64,000 nt of DNA, from NCBI GenBank assembly GCA_963677495.2, contig CAXXOU010000001.1, forward strand, positions 128,001 to 192,000. The letters are read 5' to 3'. The position numbers and the translations under genes are program-made. The stretch's first letter is position 1, and the number at the start of each line of letters is the position of its first letter. The notes under the pieces were generated by a model. It saw nothing but the letters and a program-made list of their open reading frames with translations. It was not told the DNA's origin and searched no databases. Origin of the DNA: Candidatus Cloacimonadales bacterium. Lineage in GTDB: Bacteria > Cloacimonadota > Cloacimonadia > Cloacimonadales > JAFGVF01. Below are positions 8,548 through 19,143 of the stretch, piece after piece.

Positions 8548-10848
8548 AAATAACTCCCCAATACTATCAGCATGCATAATCTTACGATAATGTTTCCATT
8601 CCTGTGGAAAAAGCCTCGTATATCCTCCAAATCTTCTATCGAGGAGAAGGATTACACCCTTATCTTCAGCAGTTCTGATTACCCTACCACCTGCCTGCAT
8701 GACTCTGTTTAGTCCCGGGAACTTATACGCAAAATCGAATCCGTTTTTATCTTCTGAGTCGAAGTAATCACGTATCAGGTTTCTTTCTAAGCAAATTTGA
8801 GGAAGTCCCACTCCAACGATTACGCAGTTAGAGAGCTTCTCACCTCTCAGATCAATACCCTCTCCAAAGATTCCACCCATCACAGCAAATCCGATTAAAC
8901 TACGTCCCGGTTCAAATGCTGCTAAGAACTCAAGTCGCTTTTCCTCTTTCATACTTCGCTTTTGTACTTGAATATGTTTATCAGGATACTTCTCTTCAAA
9001 CTTTTCCAAAACACTTTCCATGTACTTATATGATGGGAAGAACACTAGCATATTACCTTTTCTAGCATTTGATAGCATATAAATGTTCTCAACAACTTCC
9101 GGTATAGAGTCGGTTCGACGCTGATAAGTTGTTTCAACGGTAGTATTAATCAGTAGTTTCAAGTTCTCTTGCGGGAAAGGTGAGGTTAGTTTAAGAAACA
9201 GCTCATCCCCTGTTCCTCCACAGAAATAAGTGAAGTACTGTTCTGGTAGAAGTGTTGCTGAGAAAAACACTGATCCAATAGCTCTTTTCAAGCTCTCACG
9301 ATTCATCTCAGAGGGATCCATACAGTAGATTTTGATAAAGAACTTACCTGTATTCGAAAGGTAGAAAGTGAACTTCTCGTTCATGAACTCACTGCTTCTC
9401 ACGAACTGCCTGAACACGAAGTAGATATCTAATAAATCCTGTCTCCAAGCAGTTTGTGTATTCCGAGCCAACCATGTCTCTGCATTGTTGATAAACTTTC
9501 GAATCTTCCTCATCAGGTTCTTATCAAGCTCCTGCACCTCTTCCTGCTGAAGCTCTTTCTTCATCTCCCTTCGCCACTTCATCATGTGTCGTTCTACACT
9601 CTTCAGAGGTTTAATTATATCCTCTCCGGCATCTTCTATCAAGGCTTTCACAGCTTTCTTAACATCTCCAAGCTTGATATCAGCAGAATACATACCACGC
9701 GTTCGTTCAGGGAAGTTATGGGCTTCATCAATCAGAAAGAAGTAATCACCGTTCACCGGGTCAAAGAACCTTCGTAAATAGACCGCCGGATCGAAGGCAT
9801 AGTTATAATCAGCAACCACAACATCAGCAAACAGTGATAGGAACAGTGAGAACTCGAAGGGGCAGATATAGTATTTATCAGCAATTTCATCAATCACATC
9901 TCGTTCGAATATATCGTAATTGAACAGCTCAACACTCGCATCTTTCTGTCTGTCAAAATAACCTTTAGCAAGAGGGCAATCATCCCCGTCACATCTTCTA
10001 CCCGGGAATCTGCAAACCTTATCTTTAGCTGTAAGCACAACAGATTTTAGCTTATGCTTCTCAGTTACATCTCGCAGAGTATTCAAAGCCACAGTGCGTC
10101 CAACAGTCTTGGCAGTAAGGTAGAATATCTTTTCAGCTTTCCCCTCCCCCATTGCTTTCAATACAGGGAACAGCGTTCCAATCGTTTTACCTATCCCTGT
10201 TGGTGCTTGAATAAAGATGTTCTCCTTATTCTTCACAGCATTATAAGTAGCAACAGACATATCTCGCTGGTTCTTCCTAAACTCCCCATATGGGAAAGTA
10301 AGCTCTTGCAACCAAGTATCACGGGCAGTATGCTGATCAGCAATTCTTATTGCCCAATCGTAATATAAGCGGATTGTTTCCAGAAAGAACTCTTCCAATT
10401 CAATAAAAGTAAATGGACGAACAATCTCCCTAATTGCATCATCATCTAATTGGTAATAGGTTAGCTTGATATCAACATTGGAAAGCTCATTCTCTTTGGA
10501 GAAAATAAAGGCATAGATTTTTGCTTGAGCCCAATGCATGAAAGAGTTCTCGTAAGTAATCTCATCTAACAACCTAAATGTCGACTTAATCTCTTCAATC
10601 AGATAGGTCTCCCCCGGTTGCACTCCATCAATACGTCCCTGAATCTGTATATCCAACTTCTCGGTCTCATGAATATACTTAAAAGCAACTTCTGCTAAAT
10701 AGTCATCAGGTCTTGACTTCTGGATTTTCTGGTGTGCCCGTGTTCCGGCCAAAGCCCTTTTCTGACTGACAAACACTGACTTCATATCACCTGACTGATA
10801 TGAGAATCCTATTAGGTCACGAACTGATATCTTCAATCTCTCTTTCAT
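8512..10848 (-). CDS. DinG/Rad3-family Fe-S helicase with N-terminal PD-(D/E)XK nuclease domain
   Basis: GTRAHQ...GRIDG...EEIKS...HWAQAKIY, then QAPTGIGKT, Cys cluster, DEAHN, SATL, FGEGID, QAGGRVIR. Confidence 0.88.
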   Translation of the reverse strand: MKERLKISVRDLIGFSYQSGDMKSVFVSQKRALAGTRAHQKIQKSRPDDYLAEVAFKYIHETEKLDIQIQGRIDGVQPGETYLIEEIKSTFRLLDEITYENSFMHWAQAKIYAFIFSKENELSNVDIKLTYYQLDDDAIREIVRPFTFIELEEFFLETIRLYYDWAIRIADQHTARDTWLQELTFPYGEFRKNQRDMSVATYNAVKNKENIFIQAPTGIGKTIGTLFPVLKAMGEGKAEKIFYLTAKTVGRTVALNTLRDVTEKHKLKSVVLTAKDKVCRFPGRRCDGDDCPLAKGYFDRQKDASVELFNYDIFERDVIDEIADKYYICPFEFSLFLSLFADVVVADYNYAFDPAVYLRRFFDPVNGDYFFLIDEAHNFPERTRGMYSADIKLGDVKKAVKALIEDAGEDIIKPLKSVERHMMKWRREMKKELQQEEVQELDKNLMRKIRKFINNAETWLARNTQTAWRQDLLDIYFVFRQFVRSSEFMNEKFTFYLSNTGKFFIKIYCMDPSEMNRESLKRAIGSVFFSATLLPEQYFTYFCGGTGDELFLKLTSPFPQENLKLLINTTVETTYQRRTDSIPEVVENIYMLSNARKGNMLVFFPSYKYMESVLEKFEEKYPDKHIQVQKRSMKEEKRLEFLAAFEPGRSLIGFAVMGGIFGEGIDLRGEKLSNCVIVGVGLPQICLERNLIRDYFDSEDKNGFDFAYKFPGLNRVMQAGGRVIRTAEDKGVILLLDRRFGGYTRLFPQEWKHYRKIMHADSIGELFSSPLWGEEGEL

Positions 10849-11013
10849 TATGAAGGTTTTAAAGACCAATCCACATTGTCAACGAAAACTTAAGCATCTC
10901 TTAATCAAAAATTGCATATTTCAACCCAAGTGGAACCGCATTATTGACCATTCTACACAAAACTCCGATCCCAATTTCTGACTCTGATTTAATCAAATAA
11001 TCCCGTTTTTGGT

Positions 11014-11175
11014 CCTGCTTCATCCCTTCCGGTTTCCTGACTAAAAAAGGTGTTTCAAAGGTCTCCCACAGGTGACCCTCTCGTGACCCTCTCGTGGAAA
11101 GCCTCAAGTTATTCACATCATGTGGATAACTACAAAACATATGGATTACTTTTCTTAGTCACGGAACCGGAAGGG
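11014..11175. repeat. Dispersed element copy B: 34-bp imperfect terminal inverted repeats enclosing 11-bp repeats and an inverted DnaA-box pair
   Basis: Inverted repeats 11024-11057 and 11142-11175. GTGACCCTCTC x2. TTATTCACA-TCA-TGTGGATAA at 11109-11129. Colinear with 59058-59211 (offset 48044). Confidence 0.85.
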
Positions 11176-11453
11176 AAGCATAGGGCACAAATCAATCACA
11201 AATTGCTTTTTGATTTGTTCATTCATTATAAATCTGCTAAATCCTGCTTAGAAAAGAGAAAAATATCGATGCAGACTTGCTAGTTGAGAGAGTACTGATG
11301 AACAATAAGTTAAGTATAGTAAAAGCACCTGTAATAATGAGTCAAACTCAGTGGTTACAAAAAAAAGTGATAATATAGTTTGACTTATTAAGGTATAATA
11401 GCATATTCTTGTGTTCGGTGTGAGGATGCTACTATAAATCCGGAGGAACAACA

Positions 11454-11684
11454 ATGAACGAAGAATTAATGAAAGAGATGCTTGAAGAGATAAAAATGCA
11501 AACAAGGCTTCTTGCGAAGATTTCAAGAGATATCCATCAGATGAGAGAAGCAGCAACTTTAACAGAATTTTACGGTAGTTCTGAGATTGATATTGAACCT
11601 ACATTAGGTTGGAAGAAACATATTCACTATGTTGATGAACTTATGAAAAAAGTAGATGAACCAGAGGAAGAAAAGTACTATTAG
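11454..11684 (+). CDS. Small hypothetical protein
   Basis: 76-aa ORF with a strong GGAGGA RBS, upstream of addB. Confidence 0.6.
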   Translation: MNEELMKEMLEEIKMQTRLLAKISRDIHQMREAATLTEFYGSSEIDIEPTLGWKKHIHYVDELMKKVDEPEEEKYY

Positions 11685-11745
11685 ATAATCATAAGCTCTC
11701 ACACCCCTTCCTTTTTTCATAATATTTAATCAAAAGGCTATCCCT

Positions 11746-14511
11746 ATGTGTAAGTCTATTTTTCTGCCATTAAAGACAGATTCTATTCAGTATATACTAA
11801 AAAACTATACAAATTCCAACACTTTGCTAGTATTCCCAACGAAGGCTAACTCCCGAAAAGCTCAAAAAGCGTTACAAACACAATGGAGTTTCAACCGTTT
11901 AGTTTGCAAGAGTATTGAAGAGTTTAAAGATGAGTTGTTTTTGCCCGGGATCCCCATACTTGAAGATCAAAAGCGTTATCTTGCCTTATACTCATGCCTT
12001 AATAATGAGTTGAAAGAGTTCTTTAACTGCAAAAGTTATGTGGACTCTGTTTCTTTTGCCAATGCGTTCTTTACTTTCTTTGCTGAATTAAGAGATGAAA
12101 ACATTGAGCCTGCATCTGTTCCAGTCCTATTGTCAGAGAAGATGATTGAGACAAGCCCCTGGCAAGATGAGCATTATGATAAACTTCTAGAGGTCTTCCG
12201 GATTTACAAGGACTATCTCGATAACCGTGATCTAACTGATACTATCTACCTGAATGATTTAGATTTGATTAATCTACACAACACTTTTGAGAAGGTTGTT
12301 TTTGTTAACCAAGTCTACTATTCAGGGCTTGAAAGGATGATGCTTGAGAAGCTAAGCTCTGTGCTACCTGTTGAGCTTTTGTTTTTCGGTGATGAAGAGT
12401 TCTTTAATCAAGAGAACCTAAGAGTTATGAGTAATAACTACAACAAATATGTAAATCCTGAAAGCATAACAATATCATTAGCAGAGAATGAGCTTTCAAT
12501 GTTGCAGCACTTCTGTGAAGAGATAGAACACGGAATGCAATTTGAAAGTATCGTTTACCCTAACTTTGAGGGCTCTTTTGGTGGCAACATGCTTTCCCCT
12601 GAACGGTTTAACATTCCTACCTCCAGATCATTCCGTGAGTCTGGGATTAACAGGTTTCTAAATACTCTTTCGATTCTTTTCAATGGCATTGTCTACAGCG
12701 GATCAACAAAGTTAATTAAGTTAAACTGTTTAATAGAAGCTCTTAGTGAAGACGTGTTCGTTAGCTACTATGAGTTAGATAAGCATGAGTTAATGAAAGC
12801 ATTATCGTATCAAATCGATCAGGGATTTATCTATTTTGACCTGGGTTTGCAAAACTGTAAGAAGTGGATAAATTCTAAGAGTTTAGTGCATTTTCTGGAT
12901 TTAGTTGAAGGTATAATGCTGGAACTATTTAGTGTTACTAATCCCACTGGTCTTGTTAATCTACTTGCTAACTATTTGAATCCCGAGAGTATGTTGAATG
13001 ATTGGGAAAAGACACACACTAATGCCCTCTCAGTATTCTTTGAAGGATTAGCGAATTACAAGACTATCGGTGAGTTCCCCATAGTTGAATCTTGGAGCAA
13101 GTTTGCCGGAGGAGTAAGCAAAGTTCCAAAGATATTGTTATCGTTACTGCTTGAAAATCTTAGTAGCCGTAAGATAAAATGTCAGGTAAACATTGCAGGG
13201 AATCGAATTAAGCTTAGGAATTTCCTGGACACTCGTAACATCAGTTACCGGAGCATTGCTGTGTTAAACATGCAAGAGGGCTTACTACCGGGAAAAAGGA
13301 ATCAACCATATCTGTTTACAGATGTACAACGCAAAGCACTAGGCATGAAGACTTATGAGCTTATAGTTGCACGCGAGAAGTATTATTTCTTCAGGTTACT
13401 CGCTAGTTCAAAGAGGACAAGCATCTACGGATTGAGAAATGGAGATGAGGGTATAGAAGTAAGCTCCTATATTGATGAGCTTATCGTACACTTCCCTGAG
13501 TTGAAACCAAATGAAGTAATATCTGAAAGTGATAGTCATTCCAGAAACCTGAGTATTTTAACAAAGAACAGAAGCGACTGGCAGATTCCGGATATTGAGT
13601 TAACAAATAGCTTTGCTCAAATACCTTTTGAGATTACAGACTTACCACTCTATGATAATAAGTATATGCTTTCTTTTACTGCGTTTTCTGCTCTGAGAGA
13701 CTGTCCGTTTAAATATTATCTTGAGAATATTTGTAAACAAAGACGAATGACAAAACGAGCTGAAGAGAACTTCAGTGCACTGCTGTTTGGTAAATTTGTA
13801 CATATTCTAATGTCAAGAATTGTGAAAAGATTAAACGAAACCTATAAAGACAAACTTATGCATAGACCCGAATGGCTCAATCATAAGTATGTTGAAACTA
13901 CTATAAATAGCTTGATGAACTCTAACACTAAAGAGTTTTATGGGATACCGCAATCAGTGGGAAAATACTATTATGAGGAAGTAATTAAGCCTGTGATTGC
14001 TAATAGTATCTTATCATTCTTTGCTAATATTGAGGAAAGGTTTACAAGTCTCTCGTCCGGCATGTACAAATGGATTCCGGAAGAGGAGACACAAGATGAT
14101 CTTACTGCATCAATCTCTCCATTTGTGGAAATTGAGCATGATGGAAAGCCATTGAAGGTATACCTTGTAGGTAAAGCAGACCTTCTGCTGGAAAGTGACC
14201 ATGATTGCATCATCGTTGATTATAAAACCGGTCACTACACCCCGTTTAATGATTATCAACTAATCATGTATAGTACGGTTTATCATGAACTCCTCAAGAA
14301 ACCGGCTTTTGCCTATTTTTGGTATTTTAAAGATAGTAAGCTTAAAGAACCGGGAACAAAAAGGACTCCACTTGAAAACATTATTTCTGAGAGTATGATA
14401 GGTCTTTTCGTAAATGGATTTGATGTTATAAAATTTAAGCCATATGAGAAGGAGCATCTAGATGCTCTTAGCAGATATAGCCTTGTCAAAAGGCATCTGG
14501 GAGTGAAATAG
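11746..14511 (+). CDS. addB: AddB-like subunit, C-terminal PD-(D/E)XK nuclease
   Basis: Degenerate helicase body (MQEGLLP, EKYYFFRLL), then LSFTAF...CPFKYY...GKFVH...GKADLL...IVDYKTG...QLIMY. Abuts the addA-like gene. Confidence 0.75.
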   Translation: MCKSIFLPLKTDSIQYILKNYTNSNTLLVFPTKANSRKAQKALQTQWSFNRLVCKSIEEFKDELFLPGIPILEDQKRYLALYSCLNNELKEFFNCKSYVDSVSFANAFFTFFAELRDENIEPASVPVLLSEKMIETSPWQDEHYDKLLEVFRIYKDYLDNRDLTDTIYLNDLDLINLHNTFEKVVFVNQVYYSGLERMMLEKLSSVLPVELLFFGDEEFFNQENLRVMSNNYNKYVNPESITISLAENELSMLQHFCEEIEHGMQFESIVYPNFEGSFGGNMLSPERFNIPTSRSFRESGINRFLNTLSILFNGIVYSGSTKLIKLNCLIEALSEDVFVSYYELDKHELMKALSYQIDQGFIYFDLGLQNCKKWINSKSLVHFLDLVEGIMLELFSVTNPTGLVNLLANYLNPESMLNDWEKTHTNALSVFFEGLANYKTIGEFPIVESWSKFAGGVSKVPKILLSLLLENLSSRKIKCQVNIAGNRIKLRNFLDTRNISYRSIAVLNMQEGLLPGKRNQPYLFTDVQRKALGMKTYELIVAREKYYFFRLLASSKRTSIYGLRNGDEGIEVSSYIDELIVHFPELKPNEVISESDSHSRNLSILTKNRSDWQIPDIELTNSFAQIPFEITDLPLYDNKYMLSFTAFSALRDCPFKYYLENICKQRRMTKRAEENFSALLFGKFVHILMSRIVKRLNETYKDKLMHRPEWLNHKYVETTINSLMNSNTKEFYGIPQSVGKYYYEEVIKPVIANSILSFFANIEERFTSLSSGMYKWIPEEETQDDLTASISPFVEIEHDGKPLKVYLVGKADLLLESDHDCIIVDYKTGHYTPFNDYQLIMYSTVYHELLKKPAFAYFWYFKDSKLKEPGTKRTPLENIISESMIGLFVNGFDVIKFKPYEKEHLDALSRYSLVKRHLGVK

Positions 14512-17500
14512 ATGGATAATACCTTTTTTAAAGTCATAACTGCATCCGCCGGTACCGGTAAAACATATCGGTTATCCTTGGAATATATCAGAATACTGAT
14601 TGAGTATAGTAAATATGATGAGTTTCACTATTCACAAATACTTGCCATAACCTTCACCAGAAAAGCAACAGCAGAAATTAAAGAGAGAATCTATCAACAC
14701 CTTCAGCTCATATATACCAATAATAAGGAAGCAGAGATTCTAATCGCTAATCTGGAGAATCTTCTTGGTAGAACTATAAGCAGAGATGAGATACAGTCAC
14801 TCAAAGAGATATATCTTGAGATGCTTTTGCATAAACAGGATGTTCATATCTCGACAATTGATTCTTTTGCAGGTAGTATCTTCAATAGCGTTATTGCTCC
14901 CTGGAAAGGCATTAACGAGTATGAGATCGATTTAAACTATAATGAAGAGATTCTGCCTGAGATACTCGAAAACCTTCTACGAAAAGGGCTTATCACTGAC
15001 GAGATACTTGCTTTCCTAAACAACGATTTAAGGATAAGACCGGAACTTCACACTAGAGATTTGGATAATCTTATAACACACAGATGGCAAGTCCACTTTC
15101 TTGAGAAGTATGATAATACGATGTCCGTAGAAAACTTTAAGCAAGCTTACTTAAACTATCATGACTTAGTAAACAACCTTATGGAGCTTATCCTAGAGCT
15201 CCATGCCCTGAAGGGTAAAGCCGGACTGGAAAGCTATATTAAGCCGGCAATCCGGCAAGAGTTCAACAGTTTCTCTCCACTAGAACTACCCCAGATTATA
15301 TTGAGTAATTTCACTGACTTAGATTATTTGAAAGAGAATTATCGATTTGTTATGAAGAATATAACAATATATGATGGTAGAAGACTAAGAGATAAAGATC
15401 TGAAGGCATTGGCACAAGAAGTTCAAACAGCACTTGCAGACCTTTTATATTACCATGTATATCTTAACGAATGGATCGAAATCAAGAACTTCTGGACCAA
15501 TCTCTTAGCTGAATATGATGAGATGAAACTTACTTCCGGGAAGTTGACTTATAGTGATATAACAGACTACACTTTCAACTATCTCTATGATAAAGACATC
15601 TCCATTGTTGATGCTAATACAGGAACTGTTACGAATAGGTTCTATGAAGCTCTATCTTATAGAACAAGGTTTCTGTTGTTTGATGAGTTCCAGGATACAA
15701 GCATTGTACAGTTCAAATTATTCCAACCAATGATAGATGAGATGATAAGTGGATCGGGAACCTTTCCTTATGGTGGAGTAATCATTGTTGGAGATGAGAA
15801 GCAGGCAATTTATCAGTGGCGATCAGGTGAAATGGAGTTAATCAATAAACTTGAGAATATCTATGATGTACAATATTCTAGATTAGAGACATGCTATAGA
15901 AGCTCTAAGAGTGTAATTGATTTCATCAATGAAATGTTTAGTTCCCCCAGCTTGAATCTTGTAAAGGATGAGATGGGAATAGATTGGAACTATGAAGATG
16001 TTATGTGTGCCAGAAAGAATGCACATGGAAGTGTAGCTTTTAAAGAGTATGGTTACACTACAAGTTCAGGTTCACTACAAGAAAGCTTTGAACAGTTTGT
16101 AAATGAATATCTTATCCCTCATATCCGGGTTGGGAATGATTACAATTGTGAAGGTGTTGCTGTAATTGCCAGAACAAACAGAGAGCTAACTGCAATAGCT
16201 GATTTACTTACACAATCAGGAATATCTTTTATTCAAGAGAGTAACAACTCTCTCTTCAAACATCACGCTATAACACCGATTCTTCATCTCATGGATTGGA
16301 TTGCTTATGGTGATAGATTATCCTTACTTAAATTCTTCCGGTCAGACCTTTATATGCTCCCATCTGATATTATGAAAGAGTTCTTACAGAATAGTCACAA
16401 ACTTAGTGATGAGAAGTTCAATGAATATCTTAATGACTTGTCCGCTATGGATAAGATACAAGCTTTATCTGAACATCAATCGAATCCTTTCATATTTGCC
16501 ATCAAAGTAATTGAGGCTTTCAACTTTGAGTCAATATTCAAAACAGATAATGAGAAGAAGAATTTAGATAAGTTCCTAAACATTGTTCATTCGTTTACTA
16601 CCGAGCGACATGATTATACTAATAACTTAGCAGGATTCCTGCAATATTGTATTGAGCTGGAAAAAGAGGAATCAAACCGGCAGGAAACTGTAAATAATGA
16701 TAATGCGATAACACTTATAAGTATTCATAAATCTAAGGGCTTAGCTTTTAAAACTGTTTTCTTTTATTCATCAGTTGGAACCGGTATCAGACATGGAAGT
16801 GACCTATTCGTTAATTATCGTTTTGATGATAAGTATATAGGACTTACAGATTATGATATTTCCATGCGATGTCGAGAGATTCTAAAGTTAACATCTAAAA
16901 CGGATACTATAATCAGAAAGGAGTTGAGTGAAGAGATTCAGGAGCTGAATGCTATCTATGTTGCTATGACCAGAGCGGAAGATAATCTTTATCTGTTTTA
17001 TGCTGTAAAACAACTTAAAGGTGGTGAACCCGGGGCTGACTTTAGGATAAGCAAAGTAATCTATTCTTGTGCTAAGCACTTACTGAATAATACAGAAGTT
17101 GTTAAAAATGAGTTTACTAAGAAGATTAAAGAGATAACTCACACCAAGAATCAAACAAATATCAGTCACTATTTTTCACCTGATAAGACAGAGCTTTTTG
17201 AGGAACTCAAACCGGAAAACATAATGAGCAAAGAGGAACTGACAGCTCTATACATTACAGGTAAAAGAAACGTAATCGGTTCAGTTGTGCACCATTATCT
17301 CTCCTTTATTGAGTATAATCATAAGAATGACCATGAGATTGCTCTTAAACAAACTATATCAGCATATGGCAATCTCATCCCTTATAATGAGCTGTTAAGC
17401 TATGTAGAGGTAGCTCGTAGATTTGTTGATACTAGTCCAGAGGTATTCTCTGACAAGTGGGATCATGTTTTTAATGAATATACTATTTATCATCCACAAA

Positions 17501-17697
17501 CAGAGCAAGAGTTCCGTATCGATAGACTTCAGATATCGGAATCTGAGAAGTTGATTGTTATCGTAGATTATAAAACGGGTAGCATTAAAGATGAAGCTCA
17601 GCTTGATAACTACAAAGAGATAATTTCATCACTACCACATGTTAGAAATGGAGGATATAGAATTGAAACAGAATACATTAAAATCCATACTACCTGA
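14512..17697 (+). CDS. addA: AddA-like UvrD-family helicase-nuclease
   Basis: ASAGTGKT, AITFTRKA, DEFQDTS, VGDEKQAIYQWR, IHKSKGL, YVAMTRA, C-terminal RIDRL...VDYKTG. Confidence 0.85.
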   Translation: MDNTFFKVITASAGTGKTYRLSLEYIRILIEYSKYDEFHYSQILAITFTRKATAEIKERIYQHLQLIYTNNKEAEILIANLENLLGRTISRDEIQSLKEIYLEMLLHKQDVHISTIDSFAGSIFNSVIAPWKGINEYEIDLNYNEEILPEILENLLRKGLITDEILAFLNNDLRIRPELHTRDLDNLITHRWQVHFLEKYDNTMSVENFKQAYLNYHDLVNNLMELILELHALKGKAGLESYIKPAIRQEFNSFSPLELPQIILSNFTDLDYLKENYRFVMKNITIYDGRRLRDKDLKALAQEVQTALADLLYYHVYLNEWIEIKNFWTNLLAEYDEMKLTSGKLTYSDITDYTFNYLYDKDISIVDANTGTVTNRFYEALSYRTRFLLFDEFQDTSIVQFKLFQPMIDEMISGSGTFPYGGVIIVGDEKQAIYQWRSGEMELINKLENIYDVQYSRLETCYRSSKSVIDFINEMFSSPSLNLVKDEMGIDWNYEDVMCARKNAHGSVAFKEYGYTTSSGSLQESFEQFVNEYLIPHIRVGNDYNCEGVAVIARTNRELTAIADLLTQSGISFIQESNNSLFKHHAITPILHLMDWIAYGDRLSLLKFFRSDLYMLPSDIMKEFLQNSHKLSDEKFNEYLNDLSAMDKIQALSEHQSNPFIFAIKVIEAFNFESIFKTDNEKKNLDKFLNIVHSFTTERHDYTNNLAGFLQYCIELEKEESNRQETVNNDNAITLISIHKSKGLAFKTVFFYSSVGTGIRHGSDLFVNYRFDDKYIGLTDYDISMRCREILKLTSKTDTIIRKELSEEIQELNAIYVAMTRAEDNLYLFYAVKQLKGGEPGADFRISKVIYSCAKHLLNNTEVVKNEFTKKIKEITHTKNQTNISHYFSPDKTELFEELKPENIMSKEELTALYITGKRNVIGSVVHHYLSFIEYNHKNDHEIALKQTISAYGNLIPYNELLSYVEVARRFVDTSPEVFSDKWDHVFNEYTIYHPQTEQEFRIDRLQISESEKLIVIVDYKTGSIKDEAQLDNYKEIISSLPHVRNGGYRIETEYIKIHTT

Positions 17698-18082
17698 TAC
17701 ATTGAAAGCAAATTATCTGATACTTATAGAAATCCCTATAGTAGTTATTCTTGGATTGTTATCAAAATTCTATCCCGGTCCTTATCGGGAGTGGGTAAAC
17801 AACTCTTTAGGTGGTGTGTTTTATGTTGTGTTCTTTATCTTGATTTTTGCACTCTTTGCCCGGAAGAACAGGATTTGGTTAGTAAGTCTCTCTGTTTTAC
17901 TTGTAACATCAGGTCTTGAGTTTTTGCAACTCTGGCAACCTCCCTTTCTACAAGCGATTAGAAGTACTTTTATAGGTCGTACTTTGATTGGTACGACATT
18001 CGTTCCGAGTGATTTCAGTTATTATGTAATAGGAGCAGTACTTGGCTATATATTGGCATACAACCTAAAGAAAGAAGTTTAA
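17648..18082 (+). CDS. DUF2809-like membrane protein
   Basis: Hydrophobic. LEFLQLW...IRST..GRTLIGTTF..SD..YY.IG pattern. Start uncertain. Confidence 0.7.
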   Translation: MEDIELKQNTLKSILPDTLKANYLILIEIPIVVILGLLSKFYPGPYREWVNNSLGGVFYVVFFILIFALFARKNRIWLVSLSVLLVTSGLEFLQLWQPPFLQAIRSTFIGRTLIGTTFVPSDFSYYVIGAVLGYILAYNLKKEV

Positions 18083-19134
18083 AGATCTGAAAATACTTCC
18101 ATCATAAACACATTCTGAGTTATATATAGTAGAACTAATGCTAAAATACAAGTAGCAATTGGAGTTATAATCCAACCTAAGGCTATCTTAAGAAGTACTT
18201 TCCCTTGTAAATTCTTACCACCTTTTGCCAAGCTGATACCAATCACAGCACCTACAATTGCTTGTGAGCTTGATACAGGCACAAGTGGTAATGATGGCAA
18301 ACCATGTGATGTTAGGAAGTTCTTTAATCCAACAGATGCGAACAGGAACATAGTAACGGACACAGCATATACAACTATCAAGGCAGTTACCGGAGATAGT
18401 TTATAGATGTCTGTACTAACTGTAGTCATTACCCTTTTAGAGTATGTGATTACACCGACAGCAATCGCAATTCCACCTAATAAGAAAAGCTGTTGAATAG
18501 AGCTTAATGTGAATAGGTTGAAAACGTTCAGTTCATTAAAAGGTGAAGCTTGGATAAACACACCCATAACATTACCAATATTATTGGCACCCAAGGAGTA
18601 GGAACCAAATGCTCCCACGATGATTAGTAGCCATCTTGTCCAGGAGTCAATTCTAAGCATGTGCCACTTACCATTATCCAGTATTAGTTTCACAATGAAG
18701 AACATAACGAAGGCCGTAAATGCTGTTAATACCGGTGAGAAAACCCATGACATTGCTATTTTACCTAGTACCGAATAGTCAGTAGCAGATTGGGTAAAGA
18801 TATTCCAGCCAATAATACCACCAATCACAGCTTGTGAAGTGGAAATTGGGATTCCTGACTTTGTCATTAGGAGTGAGACCAATGCAGTAGCGAGTGCAAC
18901 TGTGAATGCACCACCAAGGCTGTTTATCCCACCAAGTTTACCAATGGTTTGTGATGCTCCGGCACCACTTATTACTGCTCCAAGTACTACAAGAATACTG
19001 CATATTATTGCTGCAGTTCGGAACTTGACCATTCGAGTTCCAACTGCTGTCCCCCAGAAGTTAGCTGCATTATTGGCACCCAAAGACCAACCTAAAAAGA
19101 GTCCGCTTGAAAGATACATCAATATTACAAACAT
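18079..19134 (-). CDS. PiT-family inorganic phosphate/anion transporter
   Basis: Two signature halves: GANNAAN...PISTSQA and GANNIGN...PVSSSQA. Confidence 0.9.
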   Translation of the reverse strand: MFVILMYLSSGLFLGWSLGANNAANFWGTAVGTRMVKFRTAAIICSILVVLGAVISGAGASQTIGKLGGINSLGGAFTVALATALVSLLMTKSGIPISTSQAVIGGIIGWNIFTQSATDYSVLGKIAMSWVFSPVLTAFTAFVMFFIVKLILDNGKWHMLRIDSWTRWLLIIVGAFGSYSLGANNIGNVMGVFIQASPFNELNVFNLFTLSSIQQLFLLGGIAIAVGVITYSKRVMTTVSTDIYKLSPVTALIVVYAVSVTMFLFASVGLKNFLTSHGLPSLPLVPVSSSQAIVGAVIGISLAKGGKNLQGKVLLKIALGWIITPIATCILALVLLYITQNVFMMEVFSDL

Positions 19135-19143
19135 TAATCCAAC

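Noticed and set aside
8512..10848. Type IV CRISPR CasDinG or defence system
   Set aside because: No cas genes or array nearby. The architecture fits the widespread stand-alone nuclease-DinG helicases.
10901..11283. Short ORFs 10901-11140 and 11050-11283, and the similar 58906-59184
   Set aside because: Their similarity comes from the dispersed DNA element. ORF ends and lengths are not conserved between copies.
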